Source of the DNA: Ruminococcus sp.
Lineage (GTDB): Bacteria > Bacillota > Clostridia > Oscillospirales > Acutalibacteraceae
Assembly (NCBI GenBank): GCA_045593025.1
Contig: JAZNVW010000016.1
Coordinates: forward strand, 44,537-108,536
Direction: 5' to 3'
DNA: 64,000 nt
Shown: positions 46,806-55,700 of the stretch, piece by piece
How positions within the stretch are numbered: position 1 is the stretch's first letter
Layout of the letters: each line of letters opens with the position of its first letter
The notes under the pieces: model-generated
What the model saw: only the letters and a program-made list of their open reading frames with translations
Database searches by the model: none
What the model was told of the DNA's origin: nothing
Program-made: the position numbers and the translations under genes

Positions 46806-47513
46806 TTAATTCACAAATAAAGCAATTGCCGAATGATTATCATTATTTTCAGGCATCACACGCTCTAACAAAGCTCTCATTTTCTTTAGCCAATCTTGCG
46901 AAGATTTCGAGCTGTTCAACAAACCAATCATTTCTTGTTCAGTAATATTTTCCCAGAAACCATCTGAACACAAAAGCAACGCATCACCTTGTTCCAGAGA
47001 GGAACTGGTCAAATCAACTTTAACCTTCTCTTTACTACCTAAAACTCGAATAAGTTTATTTCGATCCTTATGTCCCCTTATCTGCATTGCGTCAATTTCA
47101 CCCATCAAAACTGCCATTTGCGAGACACTATGATCCGTTGATTGAAATTTTATTGTGCCATTTCTAAAATGATACACCCTGGTATCCCCAACTGTCGCAA
47201 ACAAACAGTTATTTTCTTCTATCCATACGATAGAAATTGTTGTTTTCATTTTATTCTCTTGGTTTTGTTCTAAGATACTCATATTTGCTTTTTCGACAGA
47301 GTCTAAAAGCAACGATTCTGACAAAGGCATATTATGTAAGCAATTATTTATAGTTGTTGTAGCAAGTCTGGATGCAACTTCTCCCGAATCGTATCCACCT
47401 AGTCCATCTGCAACTATTGCCACCAACTGATTGCACCCTTCAATCAGACTCACAAAATCTTCATTATTTTTTCTACCGCCTACCGCTGAGTAGTATGATG
47501 CATCTATATTCAT
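46806..47513 (-). CDS. PP2C-family Ser/Thr phosphatase
   Basis: 235 aa with motifs GGRKNNEDF, VADGLGGYDSGEVAS, LLLCSDGFWE and DNHSAI. Confidence 0.9.
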   Translation of the reverse strand: MNIDASYYSAVGGRKNNEDFVSLIEGCNQLVAIVADGLGGYDSGEVASRLATTTINNCLHNMPLSESLLLDSVEKANMSILEQNQENKMKTTISIVWIEENNCLFATVGDTRVYHFRNGTIKFQSTDHSVSQMAVLMGEIDAMQIRGHKDRNKLIRVLGSKEKVKVDLTSSSLEQGDALLLCSDGFWENITEQEMIGLLNSSKSSQDWLKKMRALLERVMPENNDNHSAIALFVN

Positions 47514-47546
47514 AACATCGTTCCTTGTTTTTTATAGCTATTTAAA

Positions 47547-48356
47547 TCATTTGTTTTTTATAAAAACAGCAACATTGCAATTGTACTTTTCAGAAAGTTC
47601 TCTTTCCATTTCTTCCGCTAACTCGCTTACATATTCATATTTGTCGTTTTCATAATCATCATTAGGAATATTACCATTTTCATCGTATTCAATACCATAT
47701 GAAATTTCAAATACCAAAGAATCGTTAAAAGCTCTCATTCTGTTTATGGCTTTATAATCATAGATAATCTCATAGACATCATCATTAGATGTGTCTAACT
47801 TAACAAAAATGATATTTTTCCATGTTTCCTCAACTATTGAAATAATGTCTTTAGTAATGGTTAATTGATTTTGATCATTTACTGATGAGAAAAACACCTC
47901 TAATTGCTCATCTGATAATCTTTCAATATAGGCATTATTTCTAATACTGATATTGCACCGCCCACAAGATCCAATTTTGCTGTACACTGAAACATCAACT
48001 TGAGGGAAATTGCTTGAATAATCATCAAGTTTCTTTTGAAAGTCGTCAATTGAAGCAATAGAATTAAGATAAAAATTCATAGTTGCTAAATATGCCGCCT
48101 GTATCTTTTGATATTTGCTTTCCTTAATTGTCTCAAAAACAACACCCTTCTTCTTTGCATGATCAATATCATGTCCCAAAGGATAAATGTTATTTGCCTC
48201 GTCTATATCCAACGGAAAAATTTGCAATGTACATATCACATTAGAACTCTCCTTTATACATCCTTTATTGACACTAAAAAATTCTACCATTACACCGAGA
48301 ACAAGAAATAAAATTATAAAACAAAAAACGGTTATTCTAAGTGTAATTCTATTCAT
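47547..48356 (-). CDS. hypothetical N-terminally anchored protein (candidate immunity/accessory protein)
   Basis: 269 aa with one N-terminal TM helix (ITVFCFIILFLVLGVMVEFF). Its start overlaps the stop of the upstream papain-like effector by 4 nt. No family recognised. Confidence 0.4.
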   Translation of the reverse strand: MNRITLRITVFCFIILFLVLGVMVEFFSVNKGCIKESSNVICTLQIFPLDIDEANNIYPLGHDIDHAKKKGVVFETIKESKYQKIQAAYLATMNFYLNSIASIDDFQKKLDDYSSNFPQVDVSVYSKIGSCGRCNISIRNNAYIERLSDEQLEVFFSSVNDQNQLTITKDIISIVEETWKNIIFVKLDTSNDDVYEIIYDYKAINRMRAFNDSLVFEISYGIEYDENGNIPNDDYENDKYEYVSELAEEMERELSEKYNCNVAVFIKNK

Positions 48357-49468
48357 GAGTTATACCTTGATTGCTGAAATTCAATTCTCATATTTTCATC
48401 GAAATCATCAGGATCAATGTAATACGCCCCCCCCCAAGACGAAACCTTATACATTTTTTTCCCATTAATTGTCGAAACACCTGTAATCACCATAGCATGA
48501 CCACCATCACGTGTGTCAACAAGATTTCCTTCATGATTACGAAGTCGCAAAGGACTAATTGCAACAACAATTTCGCCTTGTTCAGACAATTCTTCATAAT
48601 TATCGACTGTTACATCTAAATTAATTATATCAACTTTAATTTTTTTGACTTTTAAATAGTTTTCCCACCTTGTCTCACTGGTTCTTTTTGTTAATCCATA
48701 TGTTTCTCCATCAATTTCACCCTCAACACAATAAAAATCCAACATAACTAAATCATAATTTGGATAACCATTTTCATCGTACATTGAAAACCCAAAATCT
48801 TTTGCAAATAAGTCCTCTCGTCCAATATACTGACCAAAAATGGTATTAACCCAAGCCATATAATTACAGCCTTCACTATTCATTTCCGAAAGCAAATCAG
48901 CAATTCTCTCATCAGGTAATTCCGGAAAATATCTTCTTACAATACTTCGCAATTGATCTCTATCTCCGCGACCCCAACGTCTTGCAGCAGATCCCTGATT
49001 ACCTCCATAATGCAACCCATCATCATGAGTATATGATGGATTGATAAATCCGGTTAATATGTTCTCCAATTTAACCCAAACCGCATCAAAAGTCGTAATG
49101 TTATCTGTTGAAAACCCATTATTGTTTGGGTTGGCTATATTAGATAATATATGTATACACTTATGAAATTGTGTTATTGCTTGTAGTAGAGCATCAAATG
49201 CATTATTATAAGAGGAATCAATAATATTTACATTCGTAAAAATATTTTCAATATTTGACCGAGTGGTATTATTTTTATCAATTACTTTTCTATGATATTC
49301 ATTCACGTTACTTATGTAATTCTTTATATTTAATACTCCTATCCACGACTGAAAATCATACCATCTGTCTCCAAACCAATCAGTAAAATCACTAAGTTTC
49401 TCATTCTCAACTTCCGAAACCATTTGCAGTAATTCACCTTTTGATCTTTCCGAAAAATCCCTATACAT
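48353..49468 (-). CDS. putative T7SS effector: shared N-terminal domain + C-terminal papain-like cysteine peptidase
   Basis: The N-terminal ~115 aa are paralogous to ORF 49533..51065. The C-terminus has NSEGCNYMAW (Cys), DGGHAMVITG (His) and VSSWGG, the order and context seen in papain-fold peptidases. Confidence 0.5.
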   Translation of the reverse strand: MYRDFSERSKGELLQMVSEVENEKLSDFTDWFGDRWYDFQSWIGVLNIKNYISNVNEYHRKVIDKNNTTRSNIENIFTNVNIIDSSYNNAFDALLQAITQFHKCIHILSNIANPNNNGFSTDNITTFDAVWVKLENILTGFINPSYTHDDGLHYGGNQGSAARRWGRGDRDQLRSIVRRYFPELPDERIADLLSEMNSEGCNYMAWVNTIFGQYIGREDLFAKDFGFSMYDENGYPNYDLVMLDFYCVEGEIDGETYGLTKRTSETRWENYLKVKKIKVDIINLDVTVDNYEELSEQGEIVVAISPLRLRNHEGNLVDTRDGGHAMVITGVSTINGKKMYKVSSWGGAYYIDPDDFDENMRIEFQQSRYNS

Positions 49469-49532
49469 GGTTTTTCACATCCAAACATATAACTATTTCT
49501 TTGCCAACGCAACAATCGTCTTAAACGCAAGG

Positions 49533-51065
49533 TTAAATATTAAGCGTTAAATCCTCTAGTCGCTCAATTTCTTCCTCAATTTTTGCTATCATATCTCTCG
49601 TGCATTGTTTATCTTCTGAACTAGCAAAAATCGCACTCACGCTATCCAACGCATTTTCCATAACTGTAATAATTGCTTTGTATTCTTGTATTTTTGCTGC
49701 TTTCGCAAGTTCAAAATATGTTCTACATTGTTCTGCATCATAATTGGAATAATCCCCAGAGTTAACTTTATTTCGATAGTACTCATATTTCTCAACTAAT
49801 CCATAGGAGTATTGCTGTGTAGAATATACACTTCCAATATTGTCTGTAGTATCTGTTAGTCCAATTACCGAAGATGATATATCCTTTGTGTCAATAAACA
49901 AGTCCAACAAAGGCAAGGCTTTATCTATACCCTTATCAATACCCATTTGGGCAAGCTTTTCAATACCATCATGTGCTGCCGATATGTACTGATTGCGATA
50001 TTCCCACAACAAGGAATCCACAACCTTGTTTACAGTTTCGTTATCATATCCTCCATCTATTAACGCTTTTTTTATTGCTTCAAGATACTTCACATCTTCA
50101 GTATAATCATTAAATACTTTAGTAATCATTTGAGTAGAAATGTCATAAATATCAACTGCATCACTATAAGCCCCCAAAGTGCTTTCCACATCTTTGGTCA
50201 TACTTTGAATAAACTGTAAGTTTTCTGATTGACATAACCATTTTAAGTAATCTGACTCTGTTATATCTTTTATGTCAATCTCTAATATTTCTGCTATCTT
50301 TGCCTCAGTAATATCTTCACCCAAATCAAGTGTAAGTCCAATAATCTTCTCACCAATCTTAAATTCTTCTGGTTTTAGTGCTTTTGTGTATTCTTGGGTA
50401 AAATCGGAAGCAACATGCTTATTATCTAAAACTTGTGAAATCAACTCTAAGATACTCTTTTTCACAATTGTCTCATTAACATCATCACCAATATCAAACA
50501 ACAAGCTCGTCATATTCTCAATCCAGTTAGCTGTCCAACCAACAGCTATTGCATCTAAGTCAGTATTACGCGAGTCAATAAATATACCTGTAAAATCAAC
50601 ACCAAGCAATTTGGGGCATACTTCCTCTGTAGGTGCAGTAAAATACTCCATAGACTCAGTAAGGAGTTCGGATAATTCTGCCATGGAATCCGATATAAAC
50701 TCCCCTCTAAAACACCCATTTGACGGATTAACAAGTTGGCACAACTCTTCCATATATCGCTTAATTATGCCAAACTGTGTATTATTCTGCTGTAATATTG
50801 TAGAATATCTACCATCAAGATTAGTAACTGCATTAAATATTCTGCCTATAGTATCTTTTGTCGTGTTGTTCTTATCAATGACTTTTCTATGATACTCATT
50901 AACATTATCAATATAGTTTTTGATATTTAATACACCAATCCACGATTGAAAATCATACCACCTATCTCCAAACCAGTCAGTCAAATCATGGAGTTTCTCA
51001 TTTTCAACATCAGAAACCATTTGAAGCAATGTATTATAGGAATTCTCAGAAAAATCTCTATACAT
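49533..51065 (-). CDS. putative T7SS substrate/effector: shared N-terminal domain + long helical C-terminal region of unknown function
   Basis: 510 aa. The first ~80 aa are about 80% identical to ORF 48353..49468 (MYRDFSE..DWFGDRWYDFQSWIGVLNIKNYI.NVNEYHRKVIDKNNTT). There is no TM helix and no recognised catalytic motif. Confidence 0.5.
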   Translation of the reverse strand: MYRDFSENSYNTLLQMVSDVENEKLHDLTDWFGDRWYDFQSWIGVLNIKNYIDNVNEYHRKVIDKNNTTKDTIGRIFNAVTNLDGRYSTILQQNNTQFGIIKRYMEELCQLVNPSNGCFRGEFISDSMAELSELLTESMEYFTAPTEEVCPKLLGVDFTGIFIDSRNTDLDAIAVGWTANWIENMTSLLFDIGDDVNETIVKKSILELISQVLDNKHVASDFTQEYTKALKPEEFKIGEKIIGLTLDLGEDITEAKIAEILEIDIKDITESDYLKWLCQSENLQFIQSMTKDVESTLGAYSDAVDIYDISTQMITKVFNDYTEDVKYLEAIKKALIDGGYDNETVNKVVDSLLWEYRNQYISAAHDGIEKLAQMGIDKGIDKALPLLDLFIDTKDISSSVIGLTDTTDNIGSVYSTQQYSYGLVEKYEYYRNKVNSGDYSNYDAEQCRTYFELAKAAKIQEYKAIITVMENALDSVSAIFASSEDKQCTRDMIAKIEEEIERLEDLTLNI

Positions 51066-51088
51066 AGCTATCTTCCTTTCATAAACAA

Positions 51089-51358
51089 TTAACCATTCAC
51101 AATCTTGTCTGCGGCTTTGCTATCACTTGAAACATAGCTATCTCGTGTGTTTTGTAAAAACAGGATTGTATTCGACACAAGTTCTCCAAAACAATTATTT
51201 AGGGATTCATACATTGATGCAATCTCCTCTAATTTATTAACAGTTTTACCGCCACCAACAGTAACGGGTGGCGTAGTGCTTACTAAGTCACACCTTGTTT
51301 GCAAGCTTCTTAATCTTCCTATGGAATTATTTATTTCATCAATATTAATATTAATCAT
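51089..51358 (-). CDS. small helical T7SS-associated protein (DUF3130/TIGR04197-like, tentative)
   Basis: 89 aa with a helix, a Gly/Thr-rich turn (TTPPVTVGGGKT), then a second helix. It lies immediately upstream of the effector genes. Confidence 0.4.
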   Translation of the reverse strand: MININIDEINNSIGRLRSLQTRCDLVSTTPPVTVGGGKTVNKLEEIASMYESLNNCFGELVSNTILFLQNTRDSYVSSDSKAADKIVNG

Positions 51359-51378
51359 AGTTCAAAACTCCACCTAAT

Positions 51379-51666
51379 TTAAAATAAGAATTGATCTTCT
51401 ATATCAACACGCGTTAAAAATCCTTCTATTTCTCGTTTCGCATCTCTAGAAACAAGACCAATTTGACTTTTTAGCTGATTAACATATGAAATGTATGTAC
51501 TCAGTGCATTTGAAACTTCGCCGCTCATAATGGCTTTAGCTTTTACTTCTTCTAAAATTTCAACATAATCTACAATAAATGTATCAAGTTGTTCACCCTG
51601 TGACTCGAAATAGGCACCCATACTTCTACAATATTCATCATCAATAATAAGTTCGTTACTAGCCAT
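51379..51666 (-). CDS. small helical T7SS-associated protein
   Basis: The ATG at 51666 follows AAGGAGGGAG. 95 aa, predicted all-helical and acidic. Confidence 0.4.
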   Translation of the reverse strand: MASNELIIDDEYCRSMGAYFESQGEQLDTFIVDYVEILEEVKAKAIMSGEVSNALSTYISYVNQLKSQIGLVSRDAKREIEGFLTRVDIEDQFLF

Positions 51667-51683
51667 AATTCTCCCTCCTTCTT

Positions 51684-52268
51684 TTAAGTTGCATAGCGCA
51701 ATTGGTTTTCCCAATACACTTTACGTTGTCTGCGATAAGACAATTTTGAATTCGTATCATTGAGTTGACTATTACATGAGTTAATATCTCGTCTTGTCCT
51801 ATCTATTTGTCCATTTACAGAATTAATGCGATTATTCAAATCATCTATTTCTCTTTGTATAGATGAAATTTTATTATTAACCACATTAATTGCTGAAGTT
51901 AATCCATTATATGCATGCCTATATTCAGAACCTGATAACAACGACTGCATTCCATTAACATACGATGAAATAAACTTAAGGTTCAGTTGTCTAGAAAAGT
52001 GCACATTAAATCTGCTAATACGTCTAGATTGTCTATCAGCAAACTGTGTCTGTAAATTTTGATACTTACTTTTAAGATGACTTAATTCATCAATTTGATT
52101 TCTTAGTCCACTAATCTGATTCCTCAAACTATCAATTTGTGAATAGCACTGATTCAACTGAGAATTATAAGTATTAATTCTATCATTCAATCTACCAATA
52201 TCTCTTAAATATTGGTTAATTAAATTTTCGTTGTATCGAATATTATTACGAACCTCTTGCTTTGTCAT
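51684..52268 (-). CDS. coiled-coil protein (YwqH/DUF5082-like, tentative)
   Basis: 194 aa with N/Q/R/I-rich heptad repeats at both ends (LNDRINTYNSQLNQCYSQIDSLRNQISGLRNQIDEL; IQREIDDLNNRINSVNGQIDRTRRDINSCNSQL). Confidence 0.45.
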   Translation of the reverse strand: MTKQEVRNNIRYNENLINQYLRDIGRLNDRINTYNSQLNQCYSQIDSLRNQISGLRNQIDELSHLKSKYQNLQTQFADRQSRRISRFNVHFSRQLNLKFISSYVNGMQSLLSGSEYRHAYNGLTSAINVVNNKISSIQREIDDLNNRINSVNGQIDRTRRDINSCNSQLNDTNSKLSYRRQRKVYWENQLRYAT

Positions 52269-52411
52269 CGCTCGCTCCTCCTACAAAGAATTTTAATATA
52301 TAAACTGCACTAAGCAGGTATTTTCTATCTCATATAATTATCTATGGTACATGGCTAAGGCATTGGCAAGTTATATCAACTAATAACTCACCAATGCCAC
52401 CACATGGATTT

Positions 52412-52720
52412 TTAACCCTTGCGTGTGAACTGACTATTGATATTACGATCAGTTTCTTCAAGGATTTTAGCGGTTTCTCTGAGGTTATGTGCGATTTCCT
52501 CGAATAACTCTACAGCATTTGTAAAGGTTTTAGTTTTTATCTCGTTATATCTACTTCTGTAGCCTTCCATTGCTGCACCTTCCCATTCACCTTCAAGTGT
52601 AACAAGAAGCCTGTCCATATTGCTGATTAAAGTTCTCATCTCTTCTGCACGTCTATCGACCTCACCAGCTCTTGTCCTCATCACTTCAGGTTTCATTCTG
52701 ATAGTACCAGAACCAGCCAT
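52412..52720 (-). CDS. esxA: WXG100-family secreted protein (EsxA-like)
   Basis: About 100-aa helical hairpin with a central W-E-G (LEGEWEGAAMEGY). The ATG at 52720 is 8 nt after AAGGAGG. It lies directly downstream of essC. Confidence 0.85.
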   Translation of the reverse strand: MAGSGTIRMKPEVMRTRAGEVDRRAEEMRTLISNMDRLLVTLEGEWEGAAMEGYRSRYNEIKTKTFTNAVELFEEIAHNLRETAKILEETDRNINSQFTRKG

Positions 52721-52780
52721 AATATTCACCTCCTTATAATTTATTCTATAGGAAATTAGTCTCCGACCAATTTTCTAACA

Positions 52781-55700
52781 TCAAGAATCGGGTTGTTCTT
52801 TTGCTTTTACCAACTTAAGTTTAACAACATTATTATCATGAATATAGTAAGCATCTCCAACCTCAAGGCGTTTTCGATTATTTCGTATATCTTCATACGG
52901 AACATCAAAGGGTTTCAGATTATCAAGATCCTCAAAGAACAAAAGATGTTGTTCCTGCTTAACAGTTCTTATAGGTTCCGGAGCATCATATGACACAGAA
53001 GAATTAGAATAATTCGAGAAGATAATAGCGACATTCATACCTTTAAAACGAGATACAATATCATTAAACATGTCTAGAATGCTATAATCTTCACTAATCT
53101 TTTTGGCTACATCATTGTTTTGAATTATCATCAAAAGCAATTCAGAATTACCATTAATGCTTCCATTCTCGATCAAAGTGTTATATCGTTCTGTTAAAAC
53201 GGAATGCCATTCCTGTATAATATCAGTAACCTTATCAACACCTAAAGAATATGTAGTTACTAACTTACTTTCTTTAAAGCACTCAAGTTTTCTAGTAACA
53301 TCATCAAACAATACAACTTTCGCAGGATTGGTTTCAATATTGGATTCCAGAACATCGAATAAATACGCTAAGAAGTTTTTATGACCAGTGTTCGCTTTAC
53401 CGCACAGTCCTATGATTCCTAACTGAGAAATGTCTAAATAATAAGGCTCAACATCTTGATAGGTTAAACCAACAGGAACTTTGTATCCTTCCGATTGTGC
53501 ATCGAACTCATATTTTATCGCATCCATTGTTAAAACTGTCGGAATATAAGGAATTTGTTTAGCTTTTATGCCAATATATTTATCATTAATATTAATAACA
53601 AACTCTTGCATTTGCTGAACTCGTGCATACTCTTTTTCACCTTCAAAAGCTAAGTAGGTTTGACACTCAAGGATTCTTTTATCGACCTCTAATATGCAAC
53701 GTCCAGGCACCTCATCGGGTTTTAATGTTACATGATCAAATAACGCAGAGTATTCTGATGTATCATTACAACACAAGGCCATCTTGTTAGCAAAGTTAGA
53801 TAAATATCTATATCCGATACCAGTTGTCTGAGAGTTTGTAACAATAGTAGATATACCCACCGATAATCCTTCTCTTAAAATATTCAACAAGCTGTCATCA
53901 TCTGCAAGATACAACTCGATAAGAGCTGTTAGATTATCAATCATTAAATATATATGAGGTAGGTCACTATATCCAGCTTCAACATACGAAGAATATGAAC
54001 TAACGCCTACAGAAACGAGTCTTTCTTTTCTCGTTAATATTTCCGAAAATAAAAGCTTAAACATATTCTTTAGCTTTTCATCATCAGAAGAGCACACAAC
54101 CCCACCAACATGATTTAAATTCTCAAAGTTTTTCAATACCATTGAACCAAAATCTAGAATATAAATGGTAGATTCTTTGGGAGACGATGTTGAGGCAATC
54201 GTTCTTATTAAACTTTGTAAAATATTAGTTTTACCATTTTGTGCTGATCCTAAAACAAATGTATTTTTATTATCAAAATCCATTGATGCTACTCCCTGAA
54301 TTTGGTTGTCCGGATCATCGTAAATACCCAGGCCTATCAAGCTATTTTTCTTCATATTGGCTTTTGAATATTCAATATGTTTTGGTAGTGATGGCAAACA
54401 AATATTAGGCAACCTACTTATACCTTTTACTCCACAATAGTTATGTACATACTCGACGATTGATTCTAACTGTGTAAAAACAGAACCAGATGTCTTTTTC
54501 TTCTTTTGAACATAAATCGGGGTTCGTTTTCCAGCCGCACTCACCTCAAATAATGCAAATTCTTTAATTTCGGCTTCTGCCATTTTTTCAGGAGCACCAC
54601 TATACGCAGACTGAAACAATTCGAACACCTCGTTGTTTCCCACCTGTAAATAAGCGCGACCAGGTTCCTTTATTTCCGCCGCCAATGGAGATTTAATAAC
54701 CTCATTACTATCCTCTTGGCTTTGAACTTTTAAACACAGTTTAAATTTAGAGTTACTCCAGATCTGTTCATCGACCTGACCAGATGGCTTCTGTGTTGCT
54801 AATATTAAGTGAACACCTAAACTTCGACCAATTCGTGCTGCTGATATCAACTCTTTCATAAACTCTGGTTGTTCAGCTTTAAGTTCAGCAAACTCATCTA
54901 CAATAAGTACTAAATGAGGGATTGGAACCGATACTTTTCCTGCTTTATACTTTTGTATATATTTATCTATATGGTTTACCTCAGCCTCAGCAAATAGCCT
55001 TTGTCTCTTCTGCAACTCAGCTTTTATAGATTTAAGAGAACGATCAATCTCTTTTCCATCAATATTTGTAATTGCGCCAAGCATATGTGGCAAATCCTTA
55101 AACTGATTGGCCATTCCACCGCCCTTAAAGTCAATAATCACAAATGCTACTTCGTAAGGATGGAATATGGTTGCAATTGACAATATGTAGGTTTGTAAAA
55201 TCTCGGACTTACCCGATCCAGTGGTACCTGCAACCAAACCATGAGGGCCATGTGCTTTATCATGCAAATCCAAAGAGATAATTCCTGTTTTTGTAACACC
55301 TATTGGTGCCGCCATAGACTGAAAAACTTTAGAATTTGCCCATCTTTGATCAAGGTTCAAATCGTCAACCATTAATATTCCAAACATTTCAAAAAGTGAA
55401 ATGTTTTTTGTAAGAGCACCCTCTAACGATATTTCCTCTGTAAATATTGGTGCTAATAAGTTTACGATTTTTTTTGCATCTTCATCGCTTATTCCATTAT
55501 AAGTAAAATCAACTGTATCGTCCTGATTATTAGAATTGACTAATCTGCCCTTATTATAAGAATCAACAAAAATCAACTGTGAGCATCCTTGCGGAATTTT
55601 GCTTTTTTCTTCCGCCATAAATACAAACGTCGCTGCAAGGTCTTTTAGTTTGTTTACATAGTTGGATAACGGATGTGTTTGAAAGCCACATTCATCATAG

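Noticed and set aside
50272-50892. 206-aa plus-strand ORF inside the 510-aa effector gene
   Set aside because: It is antisense to a gene that has an RBS and a paralogue. Its S/I/N-rich low-complexity translation is typical of AT-rich antisense frames.
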